From: Chiloscyllium plagiosum
Taxonomy: Eukaryota
Assembly: GCF_004010195.1 (NCBI RefSeq)
Contig: NW_025215192.1
Location: 34,557-70,000, forward strand
DNA: 35,444 nucleotides
Direction of reading: 5' to 3'
Below, one piece after another: positions 24,087 to 34,149 of this stretch. The notes beneath the pieces were generated by a model. It saw nothing but the letters and a program-made list of their open reading frames with translations, did no database searches and was not told where the DNA came from. Within the stretch, counting starts at the first letter, position 1; each line of letters opens with the position of its first letter. The position numbers were made by a program, and so were the translations under genes.

Positions 24087-24305
24087 TCATGATTCGGAGA
24101 TGCCGGTGTTGGACTGGGGTGTACAAAGTTAAAAATCACACAACACCAGGTTATAGTTCAACAGGTTTAATTGGAAGCACACTAGCTTTCGGAGCGACGC
24201 TCCTTCATCACTATCACCTGATGAAGGAGCGTCGCTTCGAAAGCTAGTGTGCTTCCAATTAAACCTGTTGGACTATAACCTGGTGTTGTGTGATTTTTAA
24301 CTTTG
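24087..24305. mobile_element. PLE-derived inverted pseudo-LTR element, family B, young
   Basis: 87-bp near-perfect arms at 24124-24210 and 24219-24305, an 8-nt spacer, a left tail, and TGCCTGAGGGG direct repeats (24076-86, 24304-14). Confidence 0.92.
24215..24249 (+). ncRNA. Minimal hammerhead ribozyme motif (family B), core intact
   Basis: CAC CUGAUGA A GGAGC-GUC-GCUUC GAAA GC UA GUG; predicted cleavage after 24246. Confidence 0.72.
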
Positions 24306-24594
24306 CCTGAGGGGGGAATTGAACCCAGGTCCCTGGCGCTGTGAGGCAGCAGTGCTAACCACTGTGCCACCGTGCTGCCTCTGGGCAATTAGGAATGGGC
24401 AATAAATATTCGACTGCCAGCGATGCCCTCATCATGTGAATGAATAAAAACAATAGAGTGTTTCCAATCCCTCATTATTTGGAGTGCCTGTTCTCTTGCA
24501 TATCTTTATTTAGCCCAACCGTTTCTCCCACAGTTGGAGTAAGAAATTAGGCACATTTTCCATCCTGGAACCAGGAAGTGGAATAGATCTGGGC

Positions 24595-24815
24595 CAAACA
24601 CAAAGAATGCTGACAAATTCAACAAGTCTGGCAGAATCTGTGGAAGGAAAGAGTTCATGTTTCAAATCTGGTATGACTGTTTCTTGGTTTTGAAGAGTCA
24701 TACCAGACTCACAATATTACCTCTTTCTCTCCACAGATGATGCCAAACCTGCTGAATTTCTCCAGCATTCTCTCTGTTGACTACAGATGTCCAGCATTTG
24801 CAGTATTTTGCTCTC
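24595..24815. mobile_element. Old PLE-derived inverted element related to family D
   Basis: Degenerate inverted arms, a residual stem II GAGTC-ATACCA-GACTC, and the tail CCAGCATTTGCAGT. Confidence 0.55.
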
Positions 24816-24824
24816 ATCCACAAG

Positions 24825-25115
24825 ATCAGAGTCAAGAGTGTGGTGCTGGAAAAGCACAGCAGGTAAGACAGCAGCCAAGGAGTAGGAGAATCGACATTTC
24901 GGGCATAAGCCCTTCATCAGGAATGAGGCTTGTAGGCCAAGGGGTCTGAGAGATAAATGGTAAGGTCCCCACTGGCCCACAGCCTCATTCCTGATGAAGG
25001 GCTTATACCCGAAACGTTAACTCTCCCGCTCCTTGATGCTGCCTGACCTGCTGTGTTTTTCCAGCGCCACACTCTCGACTCTGATTTCCAGCATTTGCAG
25101 TCCTCGCTTTCTCCC
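24825..25115. mobile_element. PLE-derived inverted pseudo-LTR element, family A, with two hammerhead motifs (24889-24924 minus; 24987-25020 plus)
   Basis: Arms at ~24825-24939 and 24973-25085. Minus: CUGAUGA A GGGC-UUAU-GCCC GAAA UG UC. Plus: CUGAUGA A GGGC-UUAU-ACCC GAAA CG UU. Confidence 0.88.
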
Positions 25116-25174
25116 CAGGTCTGGGTCTGATCGACCTTGTACTAATGAGATGGAGTTTTCCTGTCTGCCAGACA

Positions 25175-25680
25175 TTTGATTTGACTTGATTTATTATTGT
25201 TACATGTACCGAGATACAGCGAAAAATATGTTTTTCATGATACCCAGACAAACCATGCCTTACGTAAATACATCAGGGTAGTAGAACAGAATGCAGAATA
25301 TAGCGTTATAGCTACAGAGAAAGCTCAACTCGAATATATAAGGGGTATGCTCATAAGTCTGATGACAACAGGAAGAAGCTCTTCTTGAATCTTTTTGTAT
25401 GTTTTCAAACTTTTGGATATTCTGCTTGACAGAAGAGGGTGGAAGAGAGTATAACCGGGGTGAGAGGGGTCTTTGATGATGTTGGCTGCCTTCCTGAGGC
25501 AGCAGGAAGTGTAGATGGAATCAATGGAGGGAAGGCTGGTTTGTGTGATGGACTGGGCTGCATTTACAAATCTCTATAATTTCTTGTGGTCCTGGGCAGA
25601 GCAGGTGGCATACCAAGCTGTGATGTGTCCAGATGGCATGCTTTCTCTAGTGCATCAATAAAAACTAGAGTCATTTTTTA
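25175..25680 (-). mobile_element. LINE 3' fragment of another clade (L2/Rex1-like, unresolved)
   Basis: Short-repeat tail ATTTGATTTGACTTGATTTATT followed by decayed coding-like sequence. Confidence 0.45.
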
Positions 25681-26984
25681 TAGATGCATGCAAGGTCCCA
25701 GAGGGTTTGAATATTCTCTCAATCACTTCTTTTTAACATATAACAGATGCATATCGATGCACTCAGTAATTACATATCAATGCACTCAGTGACGTCTACT
25801 GAAGAATTGGGAAATATGTTTTTATAATGCAAGAAGCAGTAGGATATGCTGTTCTTAGGTTGAGTGAAGGACGCTTTGAATTTGTAATTCTTTATGATTG
25901 CTTCTTGTTTAATCATGATACTGAATGCCATCAATGTGAATAATTCCATTTCCAGTATTTACCTTCCTCACGATGTTGTGTCCAACATTATTCTTTCAAT
26001 TAACGGTAATTGATTAATCTGCATGGGTGATCTCAGAAGCCACAATGTAAAACATAGATCATTCTTTCTCGTATAACATAGAGAAAGGTGAGATGTTACA
26101 TCTTACAGGATGTCCCAAAGTGCTGCACATGCAAAGCAGTATCTTTTGAAGTGTAGTCACTGTTGTCATGTAGAAAACCAGGCAGCCAATTTTCATAGTT
26201 CCCACAAACATGACAATGGATGGATAATCTGATTTAGTGTCAGTGCTTGTTGGATAAATATTGGCAGAATTCCCCCCACTCCTTTTTTCAAGGTAGCAAT
26301 GTGAAGACATTACACACCTACATGAGAGGGCAGTGTGGTTCATTGTCATCTCTGGACCAACACCAGTGGTCACAATGATTACAGCCTGTACTGTTACTCC
26401 AATCTATTTCTTTATTTATCGTCCAGTCAGTATAACACCAAACTTAAAATTGGATCAGGTTACAACACAAAGCTGCCAGAGGCTTAGTTATTACCTACAC
26501 TGGTGGGGAGTAGCTGACCAGTCTTTAGCCACTAAGCTAGCTATGTCCTTCTTCAATGAGCTCAGGGTCCTGCTTCTGCAATAGTTGTTCCTAGGTTATT
26601 GCTTTCAATGTCTTTAATGTCTTTACTTTTATTGCTTTCTTCAACCTTCCAGCACATATCCCTGCCCAGGATCCTCGTGACTCTGGGTTCATCTACCCAA
26701 GGGTCACATAGATGACATGCATCTGTTCCATTGTCCTCTTTTCTATCCTTAACTTAGTCATCTTGATAACCACAAAATTTGAGCAGACATTATCACCAGA
26801 TGCCTGTTTAATCAACAGGATCTGACACTGCCTTGCACAGGTGGCTACTGTTCCTGTGAAGTGGGCCACTTTTCCCATCATCCTTAGCTGTTAGCCATAC
26901 CGGTACAGTGTAGAAGTTAAGATGCAGCCATACAGCTACAGCAATGGGCAAGTCGTAGAACACCTCAACCCAAGGATAAAACTT

Positions 26985-27095
26985 CTGAGAGGGCAGCACC
27001 TTCCTCAGTAGTGCACGAGAAGTGTGACCTCAAGAAGGTGCTCAATCCTCTGGAGAGTATCTTGGAGCCATAACAAGTTGACTCAATAGGCTGAA
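26985..27095 (-). mobile_element. Deu-SINE head remnant just upstream of the GPCR exon
   Basis: GCAGCACCTTCCTCAGTAGTGCAC..GTGCTCAATCCTCTGGAG..CTTGGAGCCATAAC..TGACTC, a decayed reverse tRNA-like head. Confidence 0.4.
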
Positions 27096-27146
27096 TATGA
27101 GTAGTAACTTGCATATTGCTAGTAAATAATCAAAGGATTGTTGATG

Positions 27147-27156
27147 TTCTCAACAG
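27147..27156 (+). promoter_or_regulatory. Putative splice acceptor 4 nt upstream of the GPCR ATG
   Basis: TTCTCAACAG|AAAG-ATG. CysLT receptor genes typically have non-coding 5' exons and a single coding exon. Confidence 0.5.
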
Positions 27157-27160
27157 AAAG

Positions 27161-28333
27161 ATGATGACAACAAACGAAGTCCTGCACAAGAACTCTACAA
27201 TCACAAACATGACTATGAATGGAACTGTATGTCCAGAAAATCATGGTTATAAATACATGGTCTACTCCACTGTGTACAGCGGTGTATTCGTCATTGGGTT
27301 GCTGTCAAACATGCTGGCTCTGTTTGTGTTCTACCGCATTGCGAAGAGTAAGAATTCCAGCACAGTCTACCTGATGAACCTCGCCATTGCTGACCTCCTC
27401 TTTGTGCTCAGCCTTCCCCTGAGGATTGTCTATTATCTAAGAGAAGGAGACTGGCCATTCAGGGATTTCCTGTGTCGAGTGTCCACCTACACTTTCTACG
27501 TCAGCATGTATTGCAGTATATTTTTCCTGACTTGCTTGAGCATATCTCGTTTTTTGTCCACAGTCCATCACATGAGGCATCAAAGAATTTTCACTTTCCG
27601 CCGGTGCGTCATAGCATGTGTTATAATCTGGCTCTTCGTGGGTGTAGCTGCAGCACCCTTCCTGTTGTCAGGGAGCGAAGCTCACCATGGCAAAATCAAG
27701 TGCTTTGAGCCTGTGATTGCCAAGAGCTGGACTCGCATTGCTAAGATGAACTACTTTGCACTGACTGTTGGATTCCTTATTCCTTTTATCATCATTCTCA
27801 TCTGCTACTCTTTGATGATAAAGTACTTAATGGGGGTTAGTTGGCAGTCAAGACGAATCAAGAGGGACATAGCCATGATTGTGCTGGTTCTGTGCGTGTT
27901 TTTTATCTGTTTCCTTCCCTACCACATGCAAAGAACAGTGCATTTGTATTACCTGGTCCATCACCACACTGACTGTGATCTGGAAAACATTCTCCGCAAG
28001 TCAGTGGTGGCTACGCTGTGCCTGGCAGTGGCCAACAGCTGCTTTGACCCCCTGCTTTACATTTTTGTGGGGCAAGGGTTTAGAACATTTGTCAGGGCAT
28101 GGCTGAAGAGAAAGGAATCTAACGTCTCGTACAGCTCCTCCAGTAGCAAGCTTTTCATTAGCGCTGCATTCATCCAACAAGGACGGATGCTGGAGTCGTC
28201 CGCAGGACCAATAAAGCCAACCCAGACTCTGTTGTGTGAAGGAGATGAACTGTTAAATGAAAAAACTCAAGGAGACAATAAATTCTCAAGCAAAACAGAA
28301 ATCGGTGATCACTTCAAGCGAAACAGCCCATAG
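27161..28333 (+). CDS. cysltr3: Cysteinyl leukotriene receptor-family GPCR (390 aa from first ATG); paralog tentatively cysltr3
   Basis: 7TM protein with NLAIADLL..LPLRIVYY, FLCRVSTY..MYCSIFF, KCFEP, MNYFAL.VGF.IPF, FLPYHMQRTVHL, KSVVATLCLA, CFDPLLY and N-terminal glycosylation sequons. It mixes CysLT1-like and CysLT2-like motifs. Family assignment is strong; the paralog symbol needs a phylogeny. Confidence 0.9.
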   Translation: MMTTNEVLHKNSTITNMTMNGTVCPENHGYKYMVYSTVYSGVFVIGLLSNMLALFVFYRIAKSKNSSTVYLMNLAIADLLFVLSLPLRIVYYLREGDWPFRDFLCRVSTYTFYVSMYCSIFFLTCLSISRFLSTVHHMRHQRIFTFRRCVIACVIIWLFVGVAAAPFLLSGSEAHHGKIKCFEPVIAKSWTRIAKMNYFALTVGFLIPFIIILICYSLMIKYLMGVSWQSRRIKRDIAMIVLVLCVFFICFLPYHMQRTVHLYYLVHHHTDCDLENILRKSVVATLCLAVANSCFDPLLYIFVGQGFRTFVRAWLKRKESNVSYSSSSSKLFISAAFIQQGRMLESSAGPIKPTQTLLCEGDELLNEKTQGDNKFSSKTEIGDHFKRNSP

Positions 28334-28939
28334 TGACTTCTCGAAAGCTTCCTTTCTAGATGAGGCTTGCTAGATGAGGAGAGCTTTTTTGTCTCCTCAG
28401 CAGGTCGATTGACTGCTAAAGGTTTTGTATGAAAGGAGTTCCTTAGGAAGAAAATATGACAAAGTGTTTTGATGGTGACAGTCGGGAAAGTGGGAATTTT
28501 CTAGCATTTGCCACTTTATCAAAACAGCAGTAATTCCTGAGCCGTCGAAGGGAGGTGTCAAGAAGCGTGGGATGTGGAGGAGGAACTGGAAGAGCTACAA
28601 TATTCGTTGTATCTTATCAACTGATTATAGAACCACAAGACAGAGAGCATGGTAGAGTGTGACTTTAAAAGAAAGGGTAACAAAGGTAGCTTGCTAATCA
28701 TATACATTAGAACATTTTTAAATATATAAAAAAACATTCAGTTCAGTCACTGATTATACCACTGGTGCCAAACATTTTAAGATTTATTTGAAAGATATCA
28801 TAAAGCAAGTATGTTGAGAGTTAGACCTCTGACCTGAAGAATTCCAAAATGGCCCACTTCCTGTTCCTTGCACTCCAGCAATATTGGCTCTACCCACAGC
28901 ACAGGCCATGTCACCCAAAATCACTCCCGTCCTGAAATC

Positions 28940-29400
28940 CTACAGACAATAGCTCACAGACAGTGTTCCACAGAGAATACTCCATAGAAAATACCTTTCA
29001 GGGAATATCCCAAGAGGGTATCCCACCATAAATTCCCACAGAAAATACCCCATACAGTGTACCCCAAAGTGAGTCAATGAGTCATACAGCATGGAAACAG
29101 ACCCTTTGGCCCAACCAGTCCATGCTGAACACAATCCCAAACTAAACTAGTCCCACCTGCCTGCTCCAGGCCCATATTCCTCCAAACCTTTCCTATCCAT
29201 GTACCTATCCAAATGGCTTTTAAACATTGTAATTGTACCTGCATCTATTTCCTCAGGAGGTTCATTCCACATGTGAACCACCTAACAGAGAGTGCCCCAC
29301 GTAGACTGCCACATGGAGAATGCCCCACTGACAGTGCCCCTGCCCCACAAAGGGTGCCCAGAGAGTGTCCCATCGAAAGCATCCAGCTAAGGTGGGCCCA
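28940..29400. repeat. Degenerate ~14-bp tandem repeat (CCCACAGAGAGTRC-like), split by a CR1 tail
   Basis: Units such as CCACAGAGAATACT, CCCACAGAAAATAC and CAGAGAGTGCCCCA lie on both sides of 29070-29283. Confidence 0.55.
29070..29283 (-). mobile_element. CR1 3' tail fragment
   Basis: TGAGTCAATGAGTCA tail; similar to 11366-11580. Confidence 0.85.
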
Positions 29401-30183
29401 ACATTCAAGCCCATGCAAGAATCCAAAGTAGGAAATCTGAAGTTGAATGTGATGTCTCCCTTTACTGCAGTCTGAATGTTCTTGTTTTACAAGAAAGTAT
29501 TTAATCACTTGCTATTGCTAATATTTGACAGAATTCCTTTATTGCTTTTATGGGGCTCTCTCTGTCTGTGGGGTATAAGCATACAAACTTCCAAGGTCGA
29601 TACCTTATTCTGCAGGGATGCTGGAAATTGCAGTTAGGACAGCAGTTGGAAGGAACAAAGTGTGTAGGCCACAAAGAACTGTTGGACCAAATGGCCTGTT
29701 TCTGTGTAATTATATCTGTAATTCCATGTGTTGCTATCTAGAAGAAGCACTAGTAATTTATCGACTCTTCAGACGTTGGGGAGATTGAATATTTTATAAA
29801 TGAAGGATAAGGTGTTGGCTCAATGCAAGAACAAGAGACACGAGAAAGGAAAACTAGCTGCCAAAAACATTATCAGCACAGAAGGGATAAGCATAATGAA
29901 AGCATATCTGTTTGTTGCACAATTAACACCCCCTCATCTTTCTGGCATCTGTGAACCAATTAATTTATGTATTGTTAAATGCTTCAAACATAACTGGAAG
30001 AGATATTTTTTCTTTGAGACACATTGTGTTATTATTTAATCATGTTGTAAATTTGAACAAAGCTTGATGCACTTTTTAAAAAAAGTTTTCATGTACTACA
30101 GAAGTATTTGCTTTGTAAGTGTGATATTTCCACAACTGTTGTTCCCTTGTATAATTCAGTGTACATTTTGTTCTGTATACTTA

Positions 30184-30189
30184 ATTAAA
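30184..30189 (+). terminator. Candidate poly(A) signal ATTAAA for the GPCR transcript
   Basis: Preceded by clustered TGTA motifs (30148-30180) in U-rich sequence. Confidence 0.35.
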
Positions 30190-30494
30190 TGTTTACCTTC
30201 CCTGGTCACTTGTAGCTCAATTGGCAGCATATTTTGTCTGTGAATCAAATGTACAACAAAAAAATACTTGGAGCACGTCACTGAGGATGACACTCAAAAC
30301 AAAGTGATGTTCTTTTTCTACTGTCTCAAGGGCTATTCAGAAATGTCATCATTGTCAATATTTTCACCTTAACCAATATTTGGCTGCTACTACATTGATC
30401 TTGTAGGAATTAAGCAATTGTTGCATTACCATCTTTTACAGCAGCAACTACACAACAAAATCACTTCAGTATCACTGAAAAAAGAGACTTATTT

Positions 30495-30720
30495 TGAATC
30501 ACAAAATCTCTACAGTGCAGAAAGAGGCTGTTTGGTCCATCGAGTCTGTACCCTATATCTGTAACATTACATTTCCCATAGCTAGTCCACCTAGCCTACA
30601 TGTCCCTGGACACTGAGCAATTTAGCATGGCTAATCCACTTAAACTGCACATCTTTGGACTACAGGAGGAAATGGGTACACCCATGGGTACACTTAGTGC
30701 TAAACACTGGACCATTGTTC
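30495..30720 (-). mobile_element. Decayed HE1-like SINE
   Basis: GCAATTTAGCATGGCTAATCCAC..CTGCACATCTTTGGACT matches 15026-15070. Confidence 0.7.
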
Positions 30721-30863
30721 CACCCTATTGAAGCTTATTATTTTCTAAGACAATAAGAAGTAGGAACAGGAGTAGGCTGTTCAGCCTCTTGAGCTTGCTT
30801 CACCATTCAATAGTTTCATGGATGATCTGACATTACTCATGTCCACTCTCCCTGTAACCCTTA

Positions 30864-31099
30864 TGAAATAACTCCATAGAAGCTGGTATCCCCTCACCAA
30901 GTCACCCTTTATTTACAAATGCATATTACTTGACACTGATCCAGTTCTCTCAGAGCCAGCTCTCAGAGTGAACAGAGCCTCTAACACTCCTGTTTATAAC
31001 TGTCAGCCAGGACTCCCTGATTAAATCAGGTTAACAGCCCCAATCAGGGAACTCATACTCCATCAGGTCCATCTGGCTGACCTTGTCACAATCATTACA
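30864..31099 (-). mobile_element. Short solo LTR (Gypsy-like)
   Basis: TG...CA termini, minus-strand TATAAA (~30993-98) and AATAAA (~30908-13). Homologous to 10595-10730. No clean TSD. Confidence 0.65.
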
Positions 31100-31158
31100 C
31101 TTTGCCTCCTTTGTTGATCAAAAATCTATCTCAGCCTTAAATATACACAAGGACAAAT

Positions 31159-31476
31159 AGGGCAGCACAGTGGCTCAGTGGTTAGCACTGTTGCCTCACA
31201 ACACCAGGGACCCAGGTTCGATTCTAGCCTCGGGCGACTGTCTGTGTGTGTTTCCTCCAGATGCTCCGGTTTCCTCCCAAAGTCCAAAGATGTGCAAGTC
31301 AAGAGAATTGGCCATGCTAAATTGCACACAGTGTTTAGGGACGTGTGAGGTGCAATAGTCAGGGGAAATGTAGGGTAATAGGGTGGGGGAATGGGCCTGG
31401 GTGGGTTACTCTTTGGAGGCTCAGTGTGGATTTATTGGGCTAAATGGCCTGTTACAACACTGTAGGAATTCTATGA
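31159..31476 (+). mobile_element. HE1-type V-SINE with an internal deletion
   Basis: GGGCAGCACAGTGGCTCAGTGGTTAGC head, B-box GGTTCGATTC and a V-domain remnant. Confidence 0.9.
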
Positions 31477-31781
31477 CTGTACACCCACAGCTTTCTGAGA
31501 CAAGGAATTTCAAAGACTCACAATCCTCTGTGAGCAGAATTTCCTCCTCATCTTAGTCTTAAATTGGTGCCTCTTTACTCTGACACTATGCCCCTGAACC
31601 TAGACTGTCCTATGAGGGGAAGCATCTCCCAGCATTGACTCTGTCCAGCTCATTGTGAATGTTGCACCCACCAGAACACCATGCAAGAGTGCAAGTTCAA
31701 AGGGAAAACAACATTGTATCCCATAAGAGGAGAGTGCTGTTTCACTGGCAAGTGGACTCTGATTGCTAGAGACGTTCTTCA

Positions 31782-31978
31782 TTGTCAAGATTAGAATGGT
31801 GCTGAAAAAGCACAGCCGGTCAGGCAGCATCGGAGGAGCAGGAAAATCGACGTTTCGGGGCTTTTGCACAAAACGTCGATCTTCCTGCTCCTCGGATGCT
31901 GCCTGACCTGCTGTGCTTTTCCAGCACCACGCTAATCTTGACTCTGATCTCCAGCATCTGCAGTCCTCACTTTTGCCT
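31782..31978. mobile_element. PLE-derived inverted element, family A, with arms joined inside hammerhead stem II
   Basis: Arms meet at TTTCGGG|GCTTTTGC. Right-hand tail. ACGTTCTTCA direct repeats at 31772-81 and 31979-88. Confidence 0.88.
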
Positions 31979-33232
31979 ACGTTCTTCAGTGTGCCTTTAA
32001 ATGGAACCAAGTCATAAAATTCTCACTATCAATGTAACTCTTTCCTCCTGTTTATCTACAACAAAGTCATTAACAACTTCTCCAACAGTTTTAATTTCTG
32101 CTCATTCTTGATAAGCACACAAGTTATTCTTTCACATCAGTTATAAGCACATTGAAGCAACTTGCTTATCAGAAGTATGCCACCCATGCAGACAGGACTG
32201 TGCTGATAGAGCAGAGACAAAAATTGTGCAGATTTTGACCCAAGCAAAACTGGCACATCAATCATTAACCACGTGAGCATTTCCCTCCTGTTTGTAAATG
32301 TCTAAGTGATTATTTGAAAGCAGTGCAATGAAAATGGCTTTTGGAGACTTGAGGTTGAACTTCGATTTATGAGCAAAATCTTTGCTAACAAATTTACGTT
32401 ATCACCTGGCAAGGGGCCTGTGGCCTTTTTTTGTTTGTAGTAGACAAAGTATGAAATTCCAGACACTTCCAAGAAAATAAAGCCAGAATATTTCACAGTT
32501 CTGAACAAACAACAGTACATTTGACTCGACAAAGTTTAGACAGTAATCTACAATAGCCTGAAGTAACATGGGTCACAGACACCATATTGTGAGTGCCCAA
32601 CAAAGCACATCAAATGACAAGTACAATCAAGACAGATCCCACAACTGCCCAAATGTACCTGACACTGTCAGTCACCAGATCTCATTAGAACATTACAAAG
32701 GATTACAATGCTTAGCTGTTAAAGACTAGGCTGCAGGACTTTACTAAAGGTTGCTCCATCATGGACTGTCTCAACAATTGCTCATGTCCTTGTTGTTTAC
32801 TTGCCCAATCTCATCTGTGCTCCCTAGTGTTTGGAAATTGCAAACCACAGCAAGTCACAGGTACAATTCCAGCTTATCACAGACAGCTAGCTTTACCAAG
32901 CTGGGATTGTCCTGACATTTCTCTAAGCCAATACTTTGGGTAGGCTTCCTTCACCCGCTCTGCCGGCTGCACTGAACTGTTCTCTGACCCTCCCTACAGC
33001 TCCCAGAGCTTCTCCAAGCCACAACTTGAGTCCAAGCCACAACACTTAGGTTTACATCTTGGCTCCCAGACTTCTTCTGTGTTTTAACGGCTAGGAGCCT
33101 GCTGCAGCAGCACCTTTTAACAATGAAGCCTCTTCCTCCAACTCTAAAATAGCTGGCAGACTGGGACCCCAAAACTACAAACCTTCTCCCAGGATTGCTT
33201 TCAACTAACTGACTAAAATTGACTGCTCAGTA

Positions 33233-33533
33233 ATTAGATTACCTATAGTGTGGAAACAGGCCAATTGGCCCAACAAGTCCATACCGACCCTCCAAAGAGT
33301 AACCCACCCAGACCCATTCCCCGACATTTACCCCTGATTACTGCACCTAACCTATCGACAATTTAGTATGGTCAATTCACCTAACCCGCACATCTTTGGA
33401 TTGTGGGAGGGAACCCATGCAGACACGGGGAGAATGAACAAACTCCACATAGACAGTTGAACAAGATGGGAATCAAACCCAGATCCCTAGTGCTGTGAAG
33501 TAACAGTGATAACTACTGAGCCACCACACCACC
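33233..33533 (-). mobile_element. HE1-type V-SINE
   Basis: Aligns to 14915-15220. Confidence 0.88.
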
Positions 33534-34149
33534 CTAGCAACCCTAGAACTGTTCTGAGTGGCCCATCTGAAAATCTTGGAAGAAGCCCCACCCTTATTGC
33601 TAGGCAATATCGAATATAACTAATACTCGGGAGCAACATGAAAAGTGCACATAAAGAGGATTTTATCACAACTTGCAATTGAAGATGTGACAGGCAGCCC
33701 ATTCAGTCATAGACCAGTGGAGGCCTGGGGATGGCTAAATAATGCCCTCTTAAAAATCTCCTCAAGTTACTGCTTAGCTTTTATTTAGGACTGAGGAGCC
33801 AACGCGAAGTGCCCACCCAACAAAATTCATCAAACCCTTAGCTAGCCTATTCGGGTTACAAAGGGGCTGCTGCCTTCTGTTCAGATATTCCATGTTCCTC
33901 TGCATCCCCCTTTTTCATTTTCATAACCCTATGTTTCCCCTCCCTCCAATCCTTTTGATTTCGCCCTCCCCCCACACAAATGCACAATGCTGGAAGCCTG
34001 CACTGTGTCCCAGTGAGACTCGGGGAAGTCAGGGCTCTGCGTTACTCATCTTCAGGGACTGCCTGCAATACCAACATTGGCCACCACTCCCAGTGGCACT
34101 GCTGGGACAAGAGAACAACCAGTCACCTCGTGATCAGCAGCTGTCAGAC

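Larger units (their letters stand above)
23858..24380 (-). mobile_element. HE1-type V-SINE, interrupted by a PLE hairpin
   Basis: Aligns to 14902-15220 on both sides of 24087-24303. Confidence 0.9.
23590..24452 (+). mobile_element. Second-family tRNA SINE, interrupted by an HE1 SINE (23858-24380)
   Basis: Homologous to 9235-9565. Ends GGGCAATTAGGAATGGGCAATAAA...GAATAAAAA. Confidence 0.8.

Noticed and set aside
24087..24305. MITE/DNA transposon or pre-miRNA reading of the hairpins
   Set aside because: One-sided tails, variable 8-20 bp duplications, hammerhead cores and direct linkage to GIY-YIG in family C point to PLE pseudo-LTRs.
27116..27160. 405-aa ORF start
   Set aside because: It begins at TTG, upstream of a likely splice acceptor. 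The first ATG is at 27161.
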